From contig JAQGDQ010000599.1 in the NCBI GenBank assembly GCA_030141605.1, positions 53,432-117,431 of the forward strand: DNA of 64,000 bases. The letters are read 5' to 3'. Shown here piece by piece: positions 13,618 to 25,365 of the stretch. Numbering within the stretch: position 1 is the stretch's first letter; every line of letters starts with the position of its first letter. Below the pieces are notes generated by a model. It did no database searches, was not told the DNA's origin, and saw nothing but the letters and a program-made list of their open reading frames with translations. The DNA comes from Tubiluchus corallicola (taxonomy: Eukaryota; Animalia; Priapulida). Made by a program: the position numbers and the translations under genes.

Positions 13618-14458
13618 GTACGTTTTTTATGTATTTTAGTACAGCAGAAAGTACAGTCAATTAGTTGGAATTATTAACATCTATTAAGGACATACTGTTA
13701 ACATATCAAGTCATGTCAAGTATGACATACTTAGAAACATAAAACTGAAACATAGTAGTATTTTTATCGATAGCTTCAGAAAGTCATTTTTAAAGATGAA
13801 TAGGTTATGCCTATTGCCAGAGTTAATAGAAATAAAACCTTAATAGTCTTCCAGTTATGAAATATCAGGGTTAAGCCACAGTGAATTATGTCAGCAGTAT
13901 AAAGGTATCAAGTTTTGTTCTTATTGGTGTGCTAATTGGTTTTTCAAATGATCCATATTTTGTAGGTTTTGATATCGTGTTTTTTTGTCAACATTTGTAA
14001 TTACAGTGCCATTGAAACTATTTTTAAAAGGTTTTTTTGCTTTTTAATCTCTCACTATAGAAGTAGAGAAAAGAATTTTAATCTAAAGTAACAGGAAGCC
14101 TGTCAGAGCATTTCCTAGATGACATTGAATGGCATTTCCCAGAAATGTAAAAAATCTCCAGGGAAAAGAAAAATGTGACCTTATTAGCCATAGCAACTAT
14201 TTATAAACATCAAATAGATTTATTACTCTAAAATGATAAAAACATGTGTTCCATTCAAAGACTTTGTCTTTGACGCTCTTGTATTTACAGTAGTTGTCAA
14301 AACACGTTTTTGCGTTTTATTGGTGTTAGCGGACTGTCACGTCAGTAGAGGTCTATTGCTGGTGCATAACTTTCAGTGCAGGCGCTTTGTTGTCACTGTT
14401 GTCACTAGAAACTGTTGTCATTATGATTGTAAACAAATCAGTTTATGGTCACTTGTAG

Positions 14459-14642
14459 AATGGCCAGTCGGCGATCTCAATCGCACAGCGGCTCGGATAT
14501 GTTTCTGTGGTGGAGACGCTAAAAGTTGTTACTGAGACGACCGTCATAACGACTACGACGACGACTACAGAGGAGAAATATCAGATGGTGGCACCGGAAA
14601 GCATGCAAGAAACGTTCATGTCTGACTCGGAGGACGAAGCAG
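14459..14642 (+). CDS. Ank2: Ankyrin exon, last ANK repeat (~24) and start of linker
   Basis: gtag|AAT...GCAG|gtgag; 184 nt, phase 0-1; NGQSAISIAQRLGYVSVVETLKVVT...EEKYQMVAPESMQETFMSDSEDEA. Confidence 0.93.
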
Positions 14643-15096
14643 GTGAGTTATTCATCTCGGAGCACATGTTAAATGTTAGCCGGTCATGTGCTATGTCTGG
14701 CTTCACCGCAACTTCAGGTTTCAGTGATATTAATGTTTAGGTTTACTTGTAAGAGACATAATTCCTTTAGATTGAGATTTATGGCTTCGGCTCTTCATTA
14801 AATGAAGCCATGTACTAGTTTTGGCTTCTCCATGTTCGTCGTGCAGATATTTGAAATTATTGCTCTCGTTTGTCTGCCGTTGTTTTGCTCCTGGTTGAAG
14901 CTGCTGGATTTGAGCTTACAGCGGAAGAACTTGATGGTGTCCGTTTGTTGCTGGACCAAAGCCTAGTTAATCCTTCAAGATCTCGTGAGAATTTGACAAA
15001 CGGCTCTCTGGAGAGCGCATCTTTTCGCCTTTCTTCTCTCCTGTGAGTTACAATCGTTCCCTTCTACAGTTCTTGACTACTTGCAAGAATATTACA

Positions 15097-15110
15097 GTTT
15101 CCATGGCAAC
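15097..15110. promoter_or_regulatory. RFX X-box consensus site
   Basis: GTTTCCATGGCAAC, a near-palindromic match to the canonical X-box; function unproven. Confidence 0.35.
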
Positions 15111-16923
15111 CTATAGGAGTACTTTTCGAGGTAGAACGAACTCACCGAATGCATTAATATGAACTGTACGTTGACTTTTTTCGATGCTCAAATGTTTTCA
15201 CCAAACTGTGCAATTACATATATAATGTTGTCCCAGTGCATTCAGGATAAGCTTATTGGTAAAAAAATCACTTGGAATGCATCAGATTTGTCTTCTTCTG
15301 ATAGGCTGTCTTTTTATTTATGTTCACATTGTTTTTTTATTTTCTCCGATAGCTGTGCGCTAGCACCACTCCCTATTTAGTCTTTGATTTTAGAGCATGA
15401 TTGAATTCAAAGCTACTAAATTGTTAAGGATCTGTTAGTTAGCCACAGTCTTCATTATTAATTTTCAGTTGACGTGTTGTTGTTTTTTTTACTGTGTCAT
15501 CCTAGTCTAAATCTTTGATTGCATATCATTCCATTCTATGTGCCAAATTGCGCAATATTATTTTTTGCTGTTATATTGTGAAGGCAATTTTAAGAATTCT
15601 TTCATTGCCTCTATCAAAAGTAACCTGATTTCTTTTAAATATTGGTTGCATTTTTTCTAATCATTTTAACATAATCTACTTTTTCTGGTAACAAATTTTT
15701 CTAAAACATCGCTGTAGTTTAAAGAGCTAATGGTAATAATGATCCTTTGACTTCAGAGGATGTGCAGTTTGCTAGTTGCCGTCTTTATACAGTTTTTCTT
15801 CCTTTCTTATTTGGTTGCTTTTGTGCACATGATATTACTGCTTTCGTATTTGACTTTTATTTTTTTAACATTATAAGTTTCTTTTGTTTGTTTTTCGTCT
15901 TCTATTTTTGTTGTCCAATCGTGTAGGGGAAGTGTTGGAAAATTATCATAGGAAATCGGCAAAACCCGGTTATTTGGTGTTTTACGATTCCAGTGAGACA
16001 TCTGAGGAAGGTATGGGTGTGAACCTGGCTTTAGGTCCAACAGATAAAAAATTAGCTGCATTTTTGGGAACTACAGTGTGTTATATCAAGTGTTTTGGCA
16101 TAGTGTAATGGCGTTATGTTGAGTCCAGTAATGTAGAGCTATGTTTATTGATCTAGTGCTAGTGATGTTACTAACGTTATGTGAAAATAGTCCAGTAATA
16201 GTTTGACAGCACGGAATTTGTGCACAAGATTGTTAAACGCTCTGCAATCTGCGGCTTGACTTAGAAAAACGTTATAGCATAGAGACTGTAGGTACTTTTT
16301 GCCTTAGGTGATCAAAGTTTATGTATTTATGCTTTGTAGCCTCTAATTTAATTAGAAATGTACCACTTTACATTATTTTAGAAGCATAGCATAGCATTTC
16401 CGCTTACAAAGATTGCCGTTTTGTAGTTTTCAACTCCATGCAAACTATGTTTTGCTTGCTTTCCCCTTTCCCGCAGGCAAGTATTTTTGGACCAAGCATT
16501 AGTACAATGTACGTAAAAATATTTGAATAATTTATTTATTGCAGTTAGAGGCTGTCATAGTAAAAGGTTTAGTTATTTTTTGTTTGCGGTTTTAATCTTA
16601 CCCTCAGCAAAAACGTGTTACGTAAAGAATTGCCAAAAGTTTGTCAGATATGTCATTGAATCAGTTGCCTTGGATGTTACTGTATTGTGTTCAAATAATT
16701 CCAAAGTTAGTCATGACTGCCTCTTATTTTATCTTCATGAAGGAATGGTTTAGGTTGAAGGACCACTAATGCTAGTGCTATATGCATTACGGTTTTTCTT
16801 ATGCTTTCCGAAGATTTTCTTTTTTTGGTACTTACTTTAGTTTAAAAAATGAAATTATTGCAGTATGTGTTTACCACAATGAAATGTGTTTTGCAATGTA
16901 CCATGACTATGATCTTGTTGTAG

Positions 16924-17040
16924 ATGAGGACACGATGCTTGGCGATCAGTCGTATCGTTATCTGACTACCGATGAAATGAAGTCAATGGGCGACGATTCT
17001 ATCATGCCCGAGCAGAAAATGGATAAGCTTGACGAAGCTG
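16924..17040 (+). CDS. Ank2: Ankyrin linker exon
   Basis: gtag|AT...GCTG|gtaat; 117 nt, phase 1-1; DEDTMLGDQSYRYLTTDEMKSMGDDS...DEA. Confidence 0.9.
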
Positions 17041-17684
17041 GTAATTGTTCTTAGTTGTTCGTAGCGTATTCATTTTTGAGAGAACAGTCAATGTTTGGAG
17101 AATGTGAAATTTGATTAGAAAATTCGCCGATGGTGTTGTGATTGAGTTTGAGGGAGAGGCAGTGTCTTGCTTTCCATGATTCTTAACCATGACGTCAGTT
17201 CAGGAATAATAAATTATTCTGAAAAATTGTTCATTGAACATAGTTTGAGCACATGTGTTCTTATTGTTATGCAAAAATTGACATTTATCCTCAGAAAGTA
17301 GAGAATGGTGTTTGTCAATATGCATGTTTTCTACATAGAGGAAATGGTATCACCAAATGTATTATTTTGCTTAGTAATTTGAAAAACTGATACACTGCCA
17401 CTCGATAGATTTGCTCACCTATTTTGATTATAATGTTGTAATTTGCTGTTTGAAATCAATTGTCTTGTTTTATTTGACGGAAAATGGACTAAGTCATTGC
17501 TAATTTTATCAGAATGTAATTTACATAAGCAGGCTTCACTAAAGTGCAAGTTTTTGCTTCAATTATAGTGCAAAACATGCACAACGTATAATATAAGCTT
17601 AAATTTTGATATGCACTACCGTGGTTCTACATACACCTGTGGTTCCAAATGGTGGCTGATGTTGATGGTCTAATTTTTTTCTAG

Positions 17685-17818
17685 GTCTTGACCATGATGA
17701 TGAAATAATTCTGAAGCAGCAAAGAGCCGGCTTAATTGAAATGAGTCCGCCGCCCACGGCTCCAATGATGAATGGAATTCCCGATAACGAAGCTCGGTAC
17801 AATGTTTATAATCAGCGG
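17685..17818 (+). CDS. Ank2: Ankyrin linker exon
   Basis: ttttctag|GT...CGG|gtaag; 134 nt, phase 1-0; GLDHDDEIILKQQRAGLIEMSPPPTAPMMNGIPDNEARYNVYNQR. Confidence 0.85.
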
Positions 17819-18167
17819 GTAAGTTTCAACTTCAACTTTTTTATGTTTATTTGTCCAAAAATCTCTTGGAGAACGAATGTGACCTTGACTTTTGTACATA
17901 AATTCCGAGGCTGAGACTGGAGACCCTTACCAAATAACTACATCCTCTAATGAAATAAAATAACTCGCCCTTTTTGATGGACAATTAGATTGGCTAACCT
18001 TGGAGTTGTATCCATCTAATAAGTGTCCAGAATTAGTGTTGCGGAGCTTTGAAAATGGGTTTTAGACAATTTCGGGTTGACTTTAGTACTTTCGAAATTT
18101 TAACTACATTGATGATGGTTGAACTCTATCGTGTTTTGGTTAACTTTGTCAATGATTCTGCTGATCT

Positions 18168-18333
18168 TGTTTAGAAGTAATAATGACCAACTCAAAGTAC
18201 TTTCTTTCCTGTTTAGAAGTAATAATTACCAACTCAAAGTACTTTCTTTCCTGTTTAGAAGTAATAATTACCAACTCAAAGTACTTTCTTTTGTGTTTAG
18301 AAGTAATAATTACCAACTCAAAGTACTTTCTTT
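18168..18333. repeat. 42-bp minisatellite, ~4 copies
   Basis: gtttagaagtaataattaccaactcaaagtactttcttt repeated. Confidence 0.9.
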
Positions 18334-18466
18334 CATACGCACATTCAGTTTTAGTTGTTTTTGCTTGTTCCAAAGTGTACTATTTAAGTTATAATTTTGT
18401 CTTGTCGTTTCTGCCTTGCCTTGTAAGCTTCTAGCTGTGTCACTTGCTTTCTCTACCTACTTTTAG

Positions 18467-18496
18467 GTGAAAATGTATCAGCGGTATCAGCCAAAG
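18467..18496 (+). CDS. Ank2: 30-nt cassette micro-exon (VKMYQRYQPK)
   Basis: Pyrimidine tract + ttttag|GTG...AAG|gtaac; phase 0-0 matches both neighbours; no stop. Confidence 0.7.
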
Positions 18497-19467
18497 GTAA
18501 CCTGCTTGGGTTTTTGTCACCTGCATGTTTTGTCACGGATTTTTTGCCTGTTTTATAAATCACTAACATGCATTTTGTGACAGTCATATGTTCTTTGGTA
18601 AACGAGCAGTTGCTTTGAGAGTTTGGGAATAAGTGTAATTAAGTCATTATGCCCACCAGTTTTTTTATATTTAACTTTTTACTTCAGTGTAGTGTGTTAT
18701 GACAGTACTTTAGCATGTTTAACACTCTACTGCTTGAGTTATTTTATGTAATGTATTTTAATACAGACGTCATTTACCTTTTTACACTAAAGTATTAATT
18801 CTTTAGCGGACTTTGTCTTATAAGATATAAGCATTTGCTTGAATTTTCTTCACCATAAATTGTGATTTTGTTACGGTAGTTTTTGCTGAGCATTTGCGTC
18901 TAGCAAGTGGTTTTCTGTAGAGCATACGAACAATGTAGGTGCTTACCGTTATGTTCTAAAATCGATATTGCGATGCGACACAAGATTGGCTGATACAACA
19001 ATGAAGTTATTCACTTGTTTGATTAGCTATGTTAGCGCATTTTTATTTCACGATAAAGTTTTTTGTTCGCTGTGAAAAATTAACGTTTTTAACCGTACTA
19101 CGAAAGCTTTATACGTGTTTCAAGTCATGCGTTTTTGCAACTGGTGCGCCAATGCGATCCGACATGGCATCTAATGTAAACTGTATAAGTGTTGGTTTGG
19201 TTCAATGTCGAGTGATTGTTTTACAATTGTTTATCATTGTTTATGCACTTAAACAGACAAACAACGGAGAGGATCGAATTAAATGTAGCCTCTGAGTTTT
19301 GCATAAGTGTGTTGGTGTGTTTATGTGTGAATTTGGCAGGACATTGTAATTGTTTTCTGATTTCAAATTCTTGTTTGCCATCTGCTTTAAAAACCATAAC
19401 AGGGTTTAATAATAACTAATGTGTTTAATTAATTATGAATGACATCAAGGTGGCTTGTATTTTGTAG

Positions 19468-19643
19468 ATGTACGAGCCTCCGGTTCACAGCTTCAACATT
19501 GATAAGTATCAGAACGTGTTGACTAGTGTAGAACCTGTGACGGTGTTAGACGGCGAGGAGAAACAGATGCGTGAATACCCGGAGTACCAGGGCAAGTTTG
19601 AACCTGACAACATCGCGGTCGACAGAACCCCGTTGCATGCTGG
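19468..19643 (+). CDS. Ank2: Ankyrin linker exon preceding ZU5
   Basis: tgtag|ATG...GG|gtaag; 176 nt, phase 0-2; MYEPPVHSF...FEPDNIAVDRTPLHAG; joins in frame to [12 protein letters not shown]. Confidence 0.88.
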
Positions 19644-19918
19644 GTAAGATCACTGAGATTAGTGCATTTTTTTCGTTATGTAAACTTGATGGCTATTCGG
19701 GGGCTTGGGGAAAAGGCAGTCACAATGAAGAGCAACTAGATTATTTTATAAGGATACCGCTAAGTGCACGCGTGCATAAGTGCCATCCAGTGAAAGTGCT
19801 ACTTGCCCAAGAGGATAAAATATGAGGATGTTTCTAGACGTATGGAGACTCTGAGGTAGTTTCACAATATGATTGCTCGCGTCTTTTTTATGGTGGCTTA
19901 AAATTCCTTTAATAACTT

Positions 19919-20071
19919 ATACTCTTTTAAGGCTTCTGCAAAAATTGGTGATGTGCAGGAATACTCTTTTAAGGCTTCTTTAAACATTCGTTATGTGCAG
20001 GAATACTCTTTTAAGGCTTCTTCAAACATTGGTTATGTGCAGGAATACTCTTTTAAGGCTTCTGCAAACAT
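19919..20071. repeat. 42-bp minisatellite, ~3.6 copies
   Basis: atactcttttaaggcttct recurs four times. Confidence 0.9.
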
Positions 20072-21133
20072 CAACCTCCCAATTCAGTTCTGTACATTGT
20101 GTACCATATGCATTATACATCCAGAAAATCTGATATAATTGCCGTTTTATGTACTGTATTTGGCAGTTATATTTCTTATGGAATCAAAGTTCACTTGAAA
20201 ATTGACTAGTGCTCAAAAACAACATTTTTTGTTTCAGTATTGGTAATTTTTGTGAAAGACCACAGGTCTGATGTAGTTTTTTACTAGTACTTTACCTTCG
20301 TTTCGTTTCAACTTTTTTAATCCCTACTTTGTTTTTCTGAGAAACGATTCACTGTATGTATCATACAGTATACGAATTTGCGTATGTCGTCCTATGTCTT
20401 GTCTTATGTAGTATGTTATGATATATAATGTATGCACAATTTATATATGTTCCTTCTACATCGAAGTGTAGCTGTGTTATAAATTATTCATATGAATTTT
20501 TCCAATTGATGCTTAATTCTTTTATCACACACTGTATCACACCTCACTTCTTTATTGTTGCTTCTCCATGATTAGGAGCTAAAACAAGTTTTTATGCTGT
20601 CTCATGTGTTGTCTTGTTACCACCCACAAGCAGTAGTAGGTGCATTTAACAACTGATTGTATTAAAAGTTCTTGTGTAAGCATTTCACTAAGCAAATCAA
20701 GAACTATTGTGTTTCATTGGCAAAGTAGAAATTTTTATTGCTTTTGTAAATAGTTTTAGTCTTGGGATTTTGCTGCACGGCAAAGTATAGACTACCTGAC
20801 CAGGCACTACTAAATTATTCGAATGAATCCAGAACCAATACTTGTTTCTTTTTTGGTTTTAAGTTGACATAATACACACGAAATTTACTGACAGTTTGCA
20901 TTCGACAAGTGTGTCGTATTTCCTGCACAGTACCACAACGCAAAACAACAATTGTACCTCACATCAAAGTTACCTGCACTTTTATGTATGAGCAACCGTG
21001 TAACCTGACAATCTCTCAACGTCTCAATTGTGCTGTGCTGCAAAATCTTACAAGATACATTTTGTTTTCATAATTGTCTCGCACAGACAGGATCGACACT
21101 CACCACTAACCAACTTCTTTTGTCTTTTCGCAG

Positions 21134-21151
21134 CAAACTAAAATTTAAAAC
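21134..21151 (+). CDS. Ank2: 18-nt phase-2 micro-exon (G-KLKFKT)
   Basis: cactaac branch point, long pyrimidine tract, cgcag|CAAACTAAAATTTAAAAC|gtaagt; frame-preserving. Confidence 0.75.
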
Positions 21152-21690
21152 GTAAGTTTCTTGTTGCAGTTGAAATTCTTGGTGTTTCTTTGCTGTATTT
21201 GTATCCAAGTTGTGCAATTATAGCTACTTATGTTTAGCATGATCATGTTAGCTGCTTTTGCAGAAATACCTGTTCTCTCTTGTAAAGCATCATTGTTGTC
21301 TGTAGATTTGTCTAGTTGTTTATCTATGGTATTAGGTACTTTGTATTTGTAGGTTTTTTGCTTGTAATGCTTGAAAGTGTTCTTCCCTTCCATGTTTGGC
21401 TGTTATATACAAGATGGTTACTTTTCACGTTTTAATCATTTTAATTATCTAGACATTTAAAACGCTGGGATTTGATGCTACGGAAAACGTAAGCACGATT
21501 TGGTGATAGTTGAACACTCGGTGCATAAAACATCTGAACAGCTATTTTGCTGTTCAATTGTTTCAAGATGATTCCGAGCATGGCGGTTTACTCCACCTAC
21601 GTGCACAGTGATCGTTTGTACCAAAAAGTGTGTGTGTGCATTTTGCCGTGTGCAAATATTGTAAGTGATTTTGTCGTTTGTTACACACAG

Positions 21691-21759
21691 AACGTTTCGC
21701 ATATTTGGCGAGCTTGAACAGGAGCATGGGATCTCACTGTATGACCACATATCCAGCAG
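21691..21759 (+). CDS. Ank2: 69-nt phase-2 cassette exon candidate (TFRIFGELEQEHGISLYDHISS)
   Basis: acacag|A...CAG|gttag; multiple of 3, open in the required frame; ACTAAT/ACTAAC just downstream. Confidence 0.65.
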
Positions 21760-22328
21760 GTTAGATGGTTTGCGACATGTTTGCTAAAAACTAATCACCT
21801 CCACTAACTGCATTTCACCTTCCTAATCTTCGAATAATTCCACATTGCACCATTTTCTACGTTTCACCATCGGGGAGCGTAAATTGCTCTAGTATTCATA
21901 ATTGATTACTACGATGATTATACCTTTCAAAGGATAAATGCGAAGTTGTAGTCACTGTAGTGGGTTTGCTTTAATTCTAAACATTCATTTACAATACTAA
22001 AATGCTAAATGGTAAATAGTGTTAATTTGGGCTGTTTGTGCTGAACATTGGGTTGAAACCTGCATTAACGTAATTTTATTGCTCCCAAGAAATATTTCTT
22101 GCAGTCTTTGGTACATTTGTGTGCCAATGTTAGCAAGGACTTCTTATTTTTTTATTGCTTCAAAGGTTTTCTGTTAAATTTCTTTGATCTTTTGTAACTT
22201 TGATCTGGTCCTTGTTTTGATTAATAAAAATCAATTTGCGTACAATTTGAGTTTTCTGACTATCGTGCACTAGTTGAGCTTCTCATAATTATCATATGTA
22301 TCAAATGTATGCATAATTATGTCTTCAG

Positions 22329-22358
22329 GGTTTGGCGTTTTCCTGTATGCAGAGATTG
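22329..22358 (+). CDS. Ank2: 30-nt phase-2 micro-exon candidate (VWRFPVCRD)
   Basis: tcttcag|G...TG|gtaaat; multiple of 3 and open, but short pyrimidine tract. Confidence 0.35.
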
Positions 22359-22914
22359 GTAAATTTTCATTCATTTATGCAAATGCTTTGTTCAGCATGT
22401 GCAGTAAATGATACTGTAAGCTATTGCTCACAATGCTAACAAAGATTTTGCGAAGCTGCCGATAACCGTCGCTGTGTGTGCGTTAATCTGAAACGAATCT
22501 AATCTTGATTTGGCAATGCCATCTTGAAGTTGCTAGTTAACAACTGTTCAAATGGCAATTGCTTTTTTTAAAATTGTGTTGTTTTGTTTGGGGAGGAAAA
22601 AGAGTTAAGGGAATTTAACAGAATGCATGCTTTGCTGTTCATAATGTAATTTAAAAGAATCTACAAGAGTTTTATATCAAACTTGTGGTACGGTACAACA
22701 GCATCAAAATTATTGATGTCATGACCGTTAGGCGCAACAATTTTGACAAAGGGTCGTTTGAGACAAAGTAATAATGTGTTTTTGGTGAGTCAGTGGTGCA
22801 CACTGGGAAGTTGAGTCAGTGACATTTTATCAGTTTGCACGAACATCTTAAATTATTAAGAATTTTCTTTTTTAATTACATAAGTCTTTCACGCAGGTAA
22901 TCAATGTACTGAGT

Positions 22915-23363
22915 CATTGGTTCTTAACGTTTTTTACTGCTGGTACTGCCTGAAGTCGAGCAAAGTCGTCTGGTACCCCTTGTAGAAATTAACAAAAAGT
23001 ATGTATATAGGAACAAAGTAGATTTTTTAAACACATGCCCACACTATTTCTGCGGTATAACTCCAGTTTAACGTCATAAATTATTTAATACAAAGTGCGC
23101 CGCAATTTCTACGGAAATAAAGATTCAGGCGGTTCACAGTGCAAACCTATTTACGTATTTAGTAAAAGTATATTTTAACAGTGTTTTAACGATTGGGGTC
23201 GGGGTTCAACTACTTTATCCTCTTTGTTTAGCTTTGAGAGTTGTATCTTTTTCTGAGTCGCCCTCAGGGCAAAATTTTTGATAAACCAGATCTGCGTTTG
23301 GTACCCCCTGGGACGCCGTTTGGTACCCCCATTGGGTACCAGCAACCAGGTTAAGAACCACTG
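22915..23363. mobile_element. hAT (Charlie-like) MITE
   Basis: TIR cattggttcttaac...gttaagaaccactg; 8-bp TSD tactgagt / tactaagt. Confidence 0.8.
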
Positions 23364-25032
23364 TACTAAGTAATATAACTTTGTATGGAAAGTTTTTTGG
23401 AAAGTTATTTAAAATTGTTATTTCTTCCCCTTTAAATGTCTTTGAGTTCCGGAAACAAAAATTGTCTTGTGTGGTTTAATTGACGAAAGCAAAACCAATA
23501 ATTTCATCTATGAATAAACGGAAATAATTGCTTATTAATGTGCTAAAATTGGTTTGAAAAAATTCTCACTCCGAACAACTCTCATGAATCAAATGCCGTA
23601 CCCGCACTAGTACTACGGTTCGAAGTCCACAGACAAAGTAAATAGCAATTCAAATACTATGGGGGTTGGAATGGGAACATGTTAGTGTAACGTTTACATG
23701 TGAAATGCACTGCGAAGGTACGGAGTTGTTCCCTTAATTTACATATTGGCATTCGGTAATCGTGGATTATTGTGTTTTTGTTCGATATTGCGGGTGAGTT
23801 TTGCATAGGTATGGTTGAGTTAAGAAATTCTCAACTTTTTGATGAGCAAATATGTTGTTTCAAATCATTTTATTTCATGGCTTCTGTGAGAGCATAGCAT
23901 ATTTGCTATATTTTTGCTTTTATTTGTTTCCTACATTTGAATAACAACACATGGCAGCCTAACATACGTGTTAACACAGCAATTATTGGCATTCTTATAG
24001 TGATTAGAATACTGGCATTCTGAGTTTAATAATTCTCATCTCTTCAGATGCATTATTTTTGAATTATTTTGTGTAATAGATGTTAACATCATGTTGTGGT
24101 GGCAGTTTATAATTATGGCTGATGGACAGAAGAAAATCATTTTCATTACTCTAAATTTAAATTTATGCTGTATTGTCATCATACTTTTTTGAGTTTTGGA
24201 TAGTGCTGCCATCTTCAGGTGTTCTTGTTAAAATTGTTAAATGTTTCTCTTTACTGTTTAAATTTCCATTGGCTTCTACAGTTTATGAATGCATAATCTC
24301 TAAACCTGTTTTCACACCTAAATGATTTCACCTGTAGTTTTGGTCACTTGGTTTTCTGCTTTTCAACATGACACTACGTCGCTATTTATGTAGACACTTC
24401 AGAATAAAATCTTAAAACTTCAAGTTTTTTGGTTTCTTCAAACCAGTTATAGTAGTGTTATAAACGAAGATTTATAAAGGATTTTTCTAATTGCATCACA
24501 ACCAGTAGAATTTTGCTAGTTTAGTCAGAGTTTATTATCACATCATTAATATCACAGAATCCTAACAGAAGAGCAGTGTCGTCTCACAGTTTCTTACTTA
24601 AGGTCAATATATTTTGAACTTGTGCAAGACCTAGTGAAATTGTCAAAAGCATTGTTCTTGAAAACACAATTGCTTTATCTAGATTATCGATTTATTGATG
24701 CTTTTTGTAGTTTTGTCTCTTTCTTTTAATCTTTTGCATTCAGGCAAATTTTTGTTACTTCTCTTTTTTGGCACTCGTGCTTTTTTGCTCGTCCTTGTTT
24801 TGTATTTCAATCTTAAATGCGAGAAGAAATAATTGGAAGGGTAATAAATGGGTAGGAAGGAGATATCTAACTAATGACGTAATGATATCTAAATAATTAT
24901 TTGACTTTGCGTGGAACACTGTAGACACGTTGGGCTGTGCATCAATGTCACTCTCACTTTGCTCATTGTAAAATCATAATCAGCTGCTTTGATGGAAGTA
25001 ATGGACCTCTTATCATTGGTTCCTAAATACCA

Positions 25033-25365
25033 AGAGAGATAGAGTGTGTGAGAGTGAGTGAGTGAGAGAGAGAGAGAGAGTGTGTGAGTGAGTGAGTGAG
25101 TGAGAGAGTGAGTGAGTGAGTGAGAGAGAGTGTGTGTGAGTGAGTGAGTGAGAGAGTGAGTGAGAAAGTGATTGAGAGAGAGTGAGTGAATGAGTGAGTG
25201 AGTGAGCGAGAGAGAGAGAGAGAGTGTGTGTGTATGTGTGTGTGTGTGTGTGTGCGTGCGTGCGAGCGAGCGAGAGAGAGAGAGAGCGGGAGAGAGAGGG
25301 ACAGTGAGTGAGTGATTGAGTGGGTGAGTGAGTGAGTGTGTGAGAGAGAGAAAGAGAGAGAGAGA
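25033..25365. repeat. (GA)n/(GAGT)n/(GT)n compound microsatellite
   Basis: Direct inspection. Confidence 0.95.

Noticed and set aside
24780-24860. Pyrimidine tract followed by purine-rich micro-exon-like sequence
   Set aside because: No AG/GT combination I tested gave a frame-preserving length.
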